The notes under the pieces: model-generated
Database searches by the model: none
What the model saw: only the letters and a program-made list of their open reading frames with translations
Told to the model about the DNA's origin: nothing
DNA from: Macrostomum lignano
Taxonomy: Eukaryota
Direction: 5' to 3'
DNA length: 64,000 nucleotides
NCBI GenBank assembly: GCA_002269645.1
Contig: NIVC01002158.1
Span: 1-64,000 of the forward strand
Shown here: one piece after another, positions 1 to 9,895 of the stretch
Layout: each line of letters opens with the position of its first letter
Numbering within the stretch: the stretch's first letter is position 1
Translations under genes and position numbers: made by a program

Positions 1-129
1 GTCTTCTTCTATCTATGCCTAAAAAATTGTTTATTCGACTTGTATTGTTTGTTGTACAAAACTTTTCTTTCAGAATTTTTAACAAAAAAAAATGTTATGT
101 ATATTACTTTCTTCATACCAACACCTGAC

Positions 130-992
130 ATCCTTCTCATGTTGTTCATCCAGGGAAATACCGCTCGATTTGCATCTTCATATAAGTCCGCAAAGCGTTC
201 ATCGATTTTGCCTTCTCTTCAATCGCCGATTTGTAGCGAAGCAGGGTTCCCATTGTGTAACTTGAAAATATTAGACCTGGTACATGATACAGAGAGAGTA
301 AAATTTGTCGTAGTCTCCCAACTGTTCGCTTTGCTGATGTTGAAAGTGGTGGCGAGCTCTTCCACATTCATTTTGTGCTTGTAGACCAAAACTTGAAATT
401 AAGCGCCCTGCCAAACTGCATCATGCCTTCCGCAGTTGACAGGTTCTCGAAGAATAGGTCAGCTTTCTAAAACCTCGCTTCCAAGTCTAACCTTTTCGTT
501 CCATTCAAATTCATGGCGAACCAAGTTGAAGACCTTCGAAATTGCACCCAGAGACAACATTACCCCGACTCTCATTCTCTTCAGCTTCGCGTATATCCTC
601 GCAATAACTCTCTCTCGCTCGCTCTCTTCCTTTTCTTGGAAGCGCCCTCTTCTTATCCGGAATACCTTCAAGCTTTCCAACTCTCTGAAACCTTACAACT
701 CTTCTTCTTTCCAGCTGCTCATCTGCTTCCCATTGCCACCTTTTTTAGATGACAGCGTGACCGCCAGTTCAGCAATCGTTGCAATTCTTGTCTCTTTGAC
801 ATGGCCATGATAAAAAGTATTCCTTTTATTGAAAAATTTCGGTTTGAACTTGCGGGGCGAGGTCCGGTGTGAATCGGTTGTTTTTATCACCTTTGGTGGT
901 ATAACGGTAGTACTCGGAAATCCCTGAATATTATCTATTCGATATCCAAAATATTCTAAATATTCCCTTCTAGAAGGGAAACCCGCATGCAT
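130..992 (-). pseudogene. Decayed ORF of about 290 codons, unknown product, inside element A
   Basis: Track ORFs 693..992 and 459..680 are in the same frame, separated by one TAA. The frame continues past further in-frame stops (..YKHKMNVEELATTFNISKANSW..). No family recognised. Confidence 0.4.
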
Positions 993-1110
993 GGGTTTTA
1001 TTTTTAGATCTTATCGTCTGCACTCTACAGGTACAACCTTTGTATTGCCCAGCATGTGGGTTTTATTTTTAGATCTTGCGTCTGCACTCTACAGGGGTAC
1101 AACCTTGTAC
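985..1110 (+). repeat. About 70-bp tandem duplication
   Basis: gggttttatttttagatctt..gtctgcactctacagg..tacaacct..gta occurs twice in tandem. Confidence 0.75.
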
Positions 1111-1125
1111 GAGCGTAGTTGCCAA

Positions 1126-1366
1126 CTACAACTGTCTTATGACTTCAGCAAAGTTATAGTAGCTGTCGTTAATCTTTTACATAGGTTACTCCATACTTAT
1201 GAAACCAGTGTCTTTGGAGAGCTAGATTAATATTAGGGACATTGATATGAACGTCGGGCCATATATTTTTTCATGTATTCGCTGCATTCAAGTTTGCATC
1301 GGTACTTGGATTTGTACAATGGATGAGGCTGAGTATAATAAGAACCTGGAAGACAACTGGAAACAT
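1126..1366 (-). pseudogene. Frameshifted homolog of the 79-aa ORF at 34154-34393
   Basis: Hand translation MFPVV.PGSYYTQPHPLYKSKYRCKLECSEYMKK..WPDVHINVPNINLALQRHWFHKYGVTYVKD.DSYYNFAEVIRQL* needs three 1-bp indels; it aligns end to end with the intact copy. Confidence 0.75.
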
Positions 1367-1808
1367 AGAGAAATTTAGATTTTTTCAAAGGAAGGACCCT
1401 GCGCTGATGCTTTAAAGTCTTAGGGATCTGGTCTCGGCGTTGCAAATTGAATGTGGAGAAGAATGCAGATTATTTTCTGATTGTCTCGAAGATGCTATGG
1501 TGGATTTGGAGCTGTTATGCTCAGAGCATAAACCCTCAGAGCATAACAGTAGGACACCTGTTATGCTCTGATTTCTGTCAGAGATAATATGGATGGATTT
1601 AATGTTATGGAGGACGTTTTGTGAGCGAGTGCGACCCCCCTTTTTTCTGATTCTGTCAGGGATAATATGGATGGATTTAATGGGATTATGGAGGACGTGA
1701 AAATATTTTGTCCCAGAAGCCCCCTCATGCCTTCTACTTTTTAATTCCATACTGTATTTTAGTCCTAAAAATCATCAAAATTCTTGCATTATTTGTTTAA
1801 TATTAACC

Positions 1809-2576
1809 ATGATAAAAAGCACGTTTTTTAAAGAAAAAAAAATTGTTATTCCAGCCAAGAGCTCGCTGCCTGGTTTGTCGAAAGACCTTCCGCAATGTGG
1901 CTGCGCTGCATGCTCACTCGCATGGAGAATGCTTTGCGCACAGATCGACTGTTGGAGGGGCCATTCGAGGAGCTTCAGGCGCACCCACCAGACGGTTGGT
2001 CTGTTCACCTGGAAAAAGTGCGCATCAGGGGCGAGCCAACTTTCTGCAGTTTGTTCCTAATTCCGCTGAATCTCCATCGCAAACATCCGCCACCACCGAC
2101 GACCTTCTACCTGCCGACAAGCTGAACCAGCTGCGCGCCCCAATCTATTGGCTTTTCAATATGACTTTACAAAAAGGACTGATGTTGAGAACATGTCTGC
2201 ATGTCAAGGTGAAGCTGTTTCGGATGCTGGCGGATTTGCGGCAACACCCCGATCTCTCAACAGGCGCTTTAAATTCACCAGCAACTGAAATAATCTCTGC
2301 ATATTTCAACAGTCACATGGTTACAATTTCACTGGATAAAGAGCACCGGTACTGGCGAACTGTCTGAGGAGAGTTTCAACGACTGGTTTATGCGTGCAAT
2401 CACCGAAGTGACAAGCAAAATTGACAGCTTCCAGAAACGTGGCAGTGGTTGGAAGTATGACAGCATTGAACAGCTTGACCTGATGCTATGCCCCTATAGG
2501 AAGTCTCGTTCTCGGCCAAGCTACAACCCGGGCAGTAGGAATTCCACAGCGGCAGAGCAACAGCTGGGCGGTGGTA

Positions 2577-2611
<35 letters not shown>

Positions 2612-5600
2612 GCCAGAACATTTAAAGTCCCGTTGTCGGTTGGATGCAAGAGAGGAGCCGTAATATTTTTGAAGCCAAACAATAATCGGCAGCCTAACTG
2701 CTTCAAGTATGCAATCGTAGCAAGCATCTTTTATGCCCAAGTGAAGCGTCCTCATTTGAAGAGCAGCTATACAGAACATTTGCGAGAATTGGATTTTGGA
2801 ACTAAATTACAAGTCGGATCAGCGAGACATGCCAAATGCTCATATATTAAATTTTTGAACAAAAATCCAGGGTTAAGTTTGCGTGTATTCGTTTGGGATT
2901 ACGAAGCAAAGACTGCCGTGCATTACTTTTCGCGCCACTGTTCCCCGGAGACAGCCCGCTTCATGGCAAACTGTTTGTTCATCCCACCATATGGCAAATT
3001 CAAGCTGGGCCACTACATGCCTGTTCGTAATTTGAACTCACTTCTAAGCTGCCGAGGCAAACGACGGCGTGTCTGCCCAACTTGCCTGGCTCCGTTTTCG
3101 GAAAAAATATCATTTCATTCTGAACGAGCACCAATGCATCGAGGGTGCGAGAGCCAGTCCTCGCTCCGCTGGATGTCCGAGCCGCTGCCACAAATACGGG
3201 AGGTGCGCAGGCCGCCAATTGAGAAGATGCCTCTGCCGGAGAATGCTAGTCTTGAGTTTACCGAACATGCTGCAAGGCTGCCGGCGCTGTACGTAGTTTA
3301 TGCCGACATGGAATGCCTATGTGCACCGCCGGACGCCAGCGCTCCACATGTGGGAGCCTCTCAAAGATTCGCGAGATCCACAAACCGCTTTGCATCGGTT
3401 ATCGGGTGGTGGCCTGTCCCGGAGTTGAAAGCCGGCTGCCTTCACTATATGGCGAAAGGTCCGCCTGTTCGGTTATCTATTCGCGGCCCAACGGTGGAGA
3501 TGATTGCATTGGCTGTTTTTGATCAAGCTCCGCCAGCTAGCAAGCGAGATCTACCGACACGCCAAGGATGAAACATATGTTCCTTTGCTTAAAAAATATC
3601 TTCATCTGACGGACCGTGTCGAGAAGCGGCGCCACAAGCATTGTCAGCTATGTAATCGCGTTTTTGAGCTTGATGAACGCCAAGTCCTGGATCACGATCA
3701 TCTTACTGGCCTGCCTAGGGGAGTTTTGTGTGTCAGCTGCAATCGCAAATTGAGCTTGAATCGCCACCGGCTGTTGTCTATTTTCACAACCTGTCGGCAT
3801 ATGATGGCAAGTTTATTGTTCGCCAAGTTTACGAAACCTTTTCCGGTGAAGAAGTTAAACTTTATGTTTTGCCTGAAAATCGCGAGCGATTCAAAACGTT
3901 CTCTATCAAGTTCAAGCTGCCTGCTGCTGATGGCAGCACCACGTTTGGTTTGAAATCTGCTTCAAGGACACTTTTGCGTATTTACCAACTAGCCTAGCAA
4001 GTCTAGCTGAACGCCTGCTCCCTTCTCAGCTGGTGCACACAAGCAAACTATTGGAGCAATACCCGAGACTACGACCGGAGACGTTGCAGCAGAAGGGAGT
4101 TTTTCCCTATTCGTTCCTTGATCGAATGGACAAATTGGACAGCGTAAAATCTCTGCCAGCAAAGGAGAGGTTTTTCAATAGACTAACAATGCAGCATTGC
4201 TCTGACGCCGACTACGCTCGAGCCAAGGCCAGCTGGGAGGAATTCGGCTGCCACACTCTGCGTGACTACACTACTGCCTACCTGCGATTGGATGTGCTTT
4301 TGCTCTGCGACGTGTTTGAAAATTTCAGAAATAATGCAATCAAAGAGTATCAAATTGATCCCGCTCATTTTCTTGGCTCTCCAATGTACAGCCTGGCGGC
4401 GTGCTTGCTTCAACTTGCAGAGCCAATTCAACTCTTCACTGATACAGCCATGTATGCTGAAATTGAGAGCTCTGTGCGCGGCGGTTTCAGCTTTGGGACA
4501 CGTCACGTAACCACAGCAAATAACTCGTTGGTTTCGCTCATTCGTCAAGATTTGGACAGGGACGAGGGCAACTTTGCGAGCCTGAGGGCAAATGCACCAG
4601 AAAACACCTTTTTGGTTTACTTGGATGCAAACTCGCTCTATTCTAGTTGCATGGTACAACCTCTACCATACAAGAACTTTCGTTGGCTTTCTGCTCGAGA
4701 TGTGAATCGCATACCATGCGATAACACCCCGGCGCAGGCTATTACCTCGAAAATCCGCAAGTGAAGAGTCAAATGCTAGACTGGCTGACGAAGTTTTGTT
4801 CTGAGGAGCGAGGAGCTTATTTCACAGTCGATCTGCATTATCCCGAGTTTCTACACGATAGCACTGCTGACCTCCCACTGGCGATTGGGCACGAGATTGT
4901 GAGAGAAGATCGGCTGACGGATCAAATGCGGCAAGATTGGACAGCACTTCAACGACAACTGAACCCCGAGCGATATGCCTCTGCCAGCTGTTACCAAGAC
5001 GTGAAGGCATTCAAGAGCCCTGCGCGCAAGCTCATCGGTTCTGTCGAGCACAAGCGCGAATATGTGTTGCACCACCGTGCATTGCGACTTTACCTCGAGT
5101 TGGGGATGCGAGTCACAAGGGTCTATCGCGTCATCTGTTTCACCGAGAAGCCAATATTACGCTCTTACATTGAGCGCAACATTAGCCGACGAATAGAAGC
5201 CAAGACGGAATTTGAACGTGATCTGTTCAAGCTACTCAACAATGCTTTGTTTGGCAAGTTTCTGCAACGTGTTCGTGACCGATTGTGCTTCAAGATGTGC
5301 ACCGACGCTGCAAAGCTGGAGTCCTATGTCAGCATGGAAAGCTTCCTAGATGTTATCATTTACAACGAGAATTTGGCGGGAGTTAGTCTATCTCCTCGTC
5401 AAGTTTTGCTTAACAAGCCAATTATCATTGGCGCGTCAATTCTGGACATTGCCAAAACTATGGTTTACAATTTTTATTACAACCATGTTCAGGCTCATCA
5501 TTCGCTTTCATGTGCACGCGTTCTGGCAGGCGACACCGACAGTCTGATGATGGCACTGGTGATGCGCAGACCTGGTGACACGCCCTATAATTCATTGTTC

Positions 5601-6077
5601 AAGGACCTGATCGCTCAAGGACTACTTGATACCAGCAACTATCCGCCGGATCATGCCCTTTATTCTACCCAACACAAGGGTCGGCTGCTTGCATGGAAAG
5701 ACGAATTTGCTGGAGCGGTTCCAATCGAGTTGGTATTTTTACGACCAAAGAACTACTCTTTTCTCTACGTTACCGATACGATTCGGCAACTCTCTCGATG
5801 CAAAGGCGTGAGCAAGCAAGTGGCTCGCACGTTCAAGCACACGGCCTACCTCTCGGTCTTGGAGAAGAGAAGAGTGATGTATGCAAGCTTCGCTCGAATT
5901 GCTTCTAAGAAGAAAGTTGTTTTTCTCATGGAACAGAAGAAGCTCGCGCTCGGATTTTTTGATACAAAGCGCGCTTGGACAACCCTCCTTGCTTCTCAAC
6001 CATTCGGACATTGGCGGCTGCGAGCAGCATGCGAAACGCAGGCAAGAATTACTTTCTTGATACTGTTTAGCATCTAG
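1809..6077 (+). pseudogene. polB: Protein-primed family B DNA polymerase (pPolB), broken by at least 7 frameshifts in its first 3 kb (real decay or assembly error)
   Basis: N-terminal C2H2 (CLVCRKTF..H..H), GSGW, endonuclease VII-like (C..C..DHDHLTG..RG..C..CN), ExoII FHNLSAYDGKF, QKGVFPY, ExoIII DVLLLCDVFENFR, motif A DANSLY, motif B KLLNNALFGK, motif C GDTDS, KNYS, CKGV. A possible GC-AG intron 6042-6128 would extend the CDS to 6176. Confidence 0.95.
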
Positions 6078-6359
6078 ATGATACAGTAGCATCTTTAGCT
6101 TAATATTTTTTCGTTTTTTTAATTTCAGGCAACAATCGATTCGGAAAAGGAGGACTATTCGATGGATGAAAATTGACTTTTGCTTTGTACATTAACACCA
6201 TATATGCCAGGCATCGTGTGTAGACTAGTCATCATTTTAGCATGGTGTCCTATCTCTTGAGGTTCACTCATTTTCGTTGGCTGACACAGCGCTCTAGAAT
6301 AAATGTGTATTGAATGACTAACGAACGTGATTGGTTTTTCGCTCCTTCTTTTGCAAGAG

Positions 6360-6367
6360 TATATAAG
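6360..6367 (+). promoter_or_regulatory. TATA box upstream of the dUTPase gene
   Basis: TATATAAG about 40 bp before ATG 6407, preceded by gattgg (reverse CCAAT) and following an AATAAA near 6299. Confidence 0.5.
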
Positions 6368-6406
6368 CCCAGATGTTGAGACTTTAGTTTAACTTTTGTC
6401 CGAAAA

Positions 6407-7276
6407 ATGCAGTCGTCCTCTTCGCCTAGCCAACCGAGTTTAAGAAGTAGGAAAAGCCAATTATCGAAACTGTTCATTTCGCCATATACACAAACGAGTG
6501 GTTTGTGCAATTTCCCAGTCCCGCCACCAACTCCCACTCCCGAGAATGCAAACAAAAAATTTATTTTCAATGTTTCAGCCAGTACAATGCAGCGCCAGCA
6601 GCAAGAATCTCTAAATCCAAGTGACACTAGCAGCTGTAAAGACGCAGCGCCAGTTCCGCTACGCCTAAATCCCGATTGGTGTCAACAATACCTCGCAGGC
6701 TCACCACCGATCGAGAAAAATCTAATTGTCCGCCTTCTCAGCAATCATGCTGCGGTTCCGGCCAGACAGACAGAGGGCTCTATCGGGTATGATCTGACTG
6801 CAGCCGAGACCAAGACCGTCCCTGCGCAGGGACGAGCGATTTTTGATATTGGGATTTCAGTCCGAGTACCGGCTGGCACCTATGGAAGAATCGCTGGGCG
6901 CTCTGGTCTGTCAGCGTTTCACGGAATCACGGTGGGCGGCGGAGTAATTGACCCAGACTACTGCGGACGAATTACGGTGATTCTCTTCAACCACGGCATA
7001 CGAGACTATCATGTTCGCATCGGCGAAAGGATTGCGCAGCTGGTTCTGGAGAAGGCGGAAATCGCTCCGGTCAAGGTAGAGAACTACACTATCGCTCGCG
7101 GGAAGAAGCGTGAAGCGCTGGACAACCAGCGTCAGTTGTCAGCGTCAGCATCGTCAGTTGCGGAGACCGCCAAGGTTGATGAAGAAGAGAAGATGAAGAA
7201 TCTGGCGGACGCAATCGTTCAACAAGAAGCTTGCAAGCAGCGGGGCGATTCAGGCTTTGGCAGCACGGGGATGTAA
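6407..7276 (+). CDS. dut: Trimeric dUTPase with N-terminal extension and a charged insert before motif V
   Basis: Motifs GYDL, GRSGL, GVIDPDYCG, ERIAQL and RGDSGFGSTG in order. Confidence 0.95.
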   Translation: MQSSSSPSQPSLRSRKSQLSKLFISPYTQTSGLCNFPVPPPTPTPENANKKFIFNVSASTMQRQQQESLNPSDTSSCKDAAPVPLRLNPDWCQQYLAGSPPIEKNLIVRLLSNHAAVPARQTEGSIGYDLTAAETKTVPAQGRAIFDIGISVRVPAGTYGRIAGRSGLSAFHGITVGGGVIDPDYCGRITVILFNHGIRDYHVRIGERIAQLVLEKAEIAPVKVENYTIARGKKREALDNQRQLSASASSVAETAKVDEEEKMKNLADAIVQQEACKQRGDSGFGSTGM

Positions 7277-7341
7277 AGATTGCAGGTTTAAATTGCGCGC
7301 AAGAGCGGTAGTATCTGGAAATTACTGCAGTTCATTCTTTT

Positions 7342-7556
7342 TTCAAGAATAAACAATTCTGCATGCATATAAAGACTATAAGTTATGCTCCAAAATTGCA
7401 AGGAACAAATATATCTGTATCTGAATCCTTAACGCATATAAGCTATCTTTTATTCAAGAATAAACAATTCTGCATGCATATAAAGACTATAAGTTATGCT
7501 CCAAAATTGCAAGGAACAAATATATCTGTATCTGAATCCTTAACGCATATAAGCTA
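7342..7556 (+). repeat. 111-bp-period tandem duplication between dut and PLA2
   Basis: ttcaagaataaacaattctgcatgcatataaagac..gcatataagcta starts at both 7342 and 7453. Confidence 0.9.
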
Positions 7557-7607
7557 AACTAAATTATTTGCTATTGGTTTTCAAGTCTTTACTATTTAAG
7601 CAACAAA

Positions 7608-8101
7608 ATGTACGCATCAAAACGCAGAAAAGGTGTCTGCAAGCAAAAGAGGAAATCTGTCCCGAATCGGAAATCGCGCTCTAGCAAACGTGTTCAGAGA
7701 GGATCTGGGATTGTAAACTGGTTAATCAATCACCTACCATTTGAGGTCCACCTCCCTGGTTACAATTTTTGTGGACCGTAAGTGAGCCAAACTTTTTCAT
7801 GATTTAGTTTGACACTGTTCTAACTAGGAAGTATTAAATTCGCTCTTAATTAAGGGGCACGCGGTTGCGAAAACGGCTTGCGGAAGGACAGCGAGGGAAA
7901 AACCGGTTGGATGATCTTTGCCTACTACATGATGTTGCATACGAAAAGAGCTCGGACACAAACTCTCGTCTGGAAGCTGATCGGTTGTTAGAAGCCGGAG
8001 CTAGAGAGATTATAAGCGATCCGAATACTGGGTGGGGAGAACGCCTTGCTTCAAAATTCGTGGCTAAGGTGATGCACGCTAAGCAGCGATTGGCAGCCTG
8101 A
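7608..8101 (+). CDS. Parvovirus-VP1-type phospholipase A2 virion protein, spliced (exons 7608-7777 and 7855-8101; 138 aa)
   Basis: Joining CC|gtaagt..ctaac..taag|G restores HLPGYNFCGPGTRLRKRL..NRLDDLCLLHDVAY (Ca loop plus HDxxY). Basic N-terminus followed by VQRGSG. Confidence 0.9.
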
Positions 8102-8107
8102 ACACAA

Positions 8108-8815
8108 ATGGAAACTTTCAATCTGCAGTTGGCACACGATTCCTCAATCATCTTGGCCGGACCATCAAACTCTGGCAAAACTGAATGGGCGCTGCGTTTG
8201 CTGCGCGAACGAAATTTGTTATTTAAGCAAGCGCCAACGCGTCTCGTGTGGTGTCATGGCACGGACCTGAGTCCTGGTGAACAGCACCGCATTCGTTCAA
8301 GCTGGGAGGAGGGCGGGAGCGGGCAGCATAATTTGATTCGAGGATTTCCGCTCGAGCTTATCTCTCAACTTCGCCCACACGATTTGCTGGTTGTCGATGA
8401 TCTCCAGAGTGAAATGGCCAAGTCCCCCGAATTTACAGCAATTTTTACAAAATATGCCCACCACACACCACTAACTTGTCTCTATTTATGTCAGAATCTC
8501 TTTCATCGTTCTGATGCTGAAGCGCGCTCGCGAAGCCTCTCTGCTAGCTACATCTGCCTGACCCGAAATATTCGCGATCGAACGGTTGTTCAAAGCCTAG
8601 GGAAGCAAATGTTTCCAAAGAGGAGCAACTTTCTAGTTCGTGTCTATGAAAACGCAACTGACAATAGGCCCTATTCATACCTGTTTATTGATCTGCGACA
8701 AGAAACTCCCGACTTTTTAAGGCTTCGTACTGGTATTTTCCCGGGTGACAAACAGCTTGCGTACACCTCTGGTAAAAGCAACTCTGTTTCACTTGATTTT
8801 ATAAGCAATCCATAG
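8108..8815 (+). CDS. FtsK/A32-like genome packaging ATPase
   Basis: Walker A GPSNSGKT, Walker B LLVVDD, QNLF, and C-terminal PYSYLFIDL..LRLRTGIF typical of Mavericks. Confidence 0.93.
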   Translation: METFNLQLAHDSSIILAGPSNSGKTEWALRLLRERNLLFKQAPTRLVWCHGTDLSPGEQHRIRSSWEEGGSGQHNLIRGFPLELISQLRPHDLLVVDDLQSEMAKSPEFTAIFTKYAHHTPLTCLYLCQNLFHRSDAEARSRSLSASYICLTRNIRDRTVVQSLGKQMFPKRSNFLVRVYENATDNRPYSYLFIDLRQETPDFLRLRTGIFPGDKQLAYTSGKSNSVSLDFISNP

Positions 8816-8848
8816 ATTGCACTTTGCTCCTTTGTAGAAATTTTGAAA

Positions 8849-9838
8849 ATGAGTTTTTATGTGTTTTTGCCTTCGAATGACAAGAGTTATGCAGATAATT
8901 CACCCAGCGAGTTTCGAGTCCGGCTAAAGGATCCACTGAATGTTGGAACGCGCTATGAAGTAGCACTGGTTGAGCTAATCTGCGGAGGGTTTCCTGCTTC
9001 GGCTGCAAAGGACTCTTCGTTAGATAAAAAGGAAATTGTCTACTATCAAAGAGACGTGCAAACGTATTTTTCTTCAACAGCACCTCGATTTGTGAAGTTG
9101 TGGTCCCAAGCAAACTTGGAGGCATATCTTTTGTGGAGGCAAGCGGAGGCGGGCTCGGGAGCAAAAATCACATATCAGTGGTTCCTGCGAAACGGTGGTA
9201 GCCGATCGGTTCATGTGGAAATTCCAATGACGTTTCTCAGTACATTTGCCCTAGACGAGTGGGTTGTGGTTCGAGCGGGGATAGGCAATGAAGAAGGTGA
9301 ATGGAGTGAGGCTTCTCTACGGACTTTGGAAGAGGTTTCAGCGAAGATGGATAGATTGAACGATAAGTATACTATGATTTTTAATTTTGTTCTGGACCCA
9401 TATCATGCTGTGAAATTTTTGGGCGATGGAGAACGCATGAAATCTCTACAAAGTGGTTCAGTGGACGACGCTCTGAAAAAAAATGTTTGGAAGCTTGTGC
9501 ACCCGTGGACATTTACCATACAATATTTGCCTGGTGAGCCGTCCGGTGCTGGGGACGACAATAGCAAGCAGTATATGCATTGCTACACTGACATCATCGA
9601 CTATCAGCCCGTTGGAAGCACATCTGTTCCACTGTTGCGCGTCGTGGATTTGCAGCGGAAGGGACACGAAGTAACGCATGAACATAGTTCCTTGACAAAT
9701 CCTTACTATGTTGGAGTGAATCGTCAGGGCATCAGCGAGATTTCAATTCGACTGACTGATCAGCGTGGCAAAGGAATACAATTTCAACCGGGCTCGCATA
9801 CTGTGGCGGTGCTCCATTTTCGTCCTAGAATTGACTAG
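8849..9838 (+). CDS. Minor capsid protein (penton, PX)
   Basis: SFYVFLPSN..NSPSEFRVRL..YEVALVE at the N-terminus; YTDIIDYQPVG..PLLRVV, PYYV and IRLTDQRG..VLHFR at the C-terminus. Confidence 0.9.
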   Translation: MSFYVFLPSNDKSYADNSPSEFRVRLKDPLNVGTRYEVALVELICGGFPASAAKDSSLDKKEIVYYQRDVQTYFSSTAPRFVKLWSQANLEAYLLWRQAEAGSGAKITYQWFLRNGGSRSVHVEIPMTFLSTFALDEWVVVRAGIGNEEGEWSEASLRTLEEVSAKMDRLNDKYTMIFNFVLDPYHAVKFLGDGERMKSLQSGSVDDALKKNVWKLVHPWTFTIQYLPGEPSGAGDDNSKQYMHCYTDIIDYQPVGSTSVPLLRVVDLQRKGHEVTHEHSSLTNPYYVGVNRQGISEISIRLTDQRGKGIQFQPGSHTVAVLHFRPRID

Positions 9839-9895
9839 GTGACTAATTTATAAGCAAACTTTGGGGTGTTGAGTATGATTTGACCAATAATTTAA

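Larger units (their letters stand above)
1..1738. mobile_element. Right end of a Polinton-type element of a second family (element A); left end lies outside the window
   Basis: Ends gtcccagaagccccctcatgccttctact (1710-1738); the reverse complement AGTAGAAGGCATGAGGGGGCTTCTGGGAC matches the left TIR at 31015-31043 at 27/29. 1126-1738 is homologous to 34154-34734, including subterminal direct repeats (ctgattctgtcagggataatatggatggattta). Confidence 0.8.

Noticed and set aside
693-992. Resemblance to an rve integrase core (PKVIKTTD..IAE..TL)
   Set aside because: Spacing and the rest of the frame do not fit DDE integrase motifs; too weak to call.
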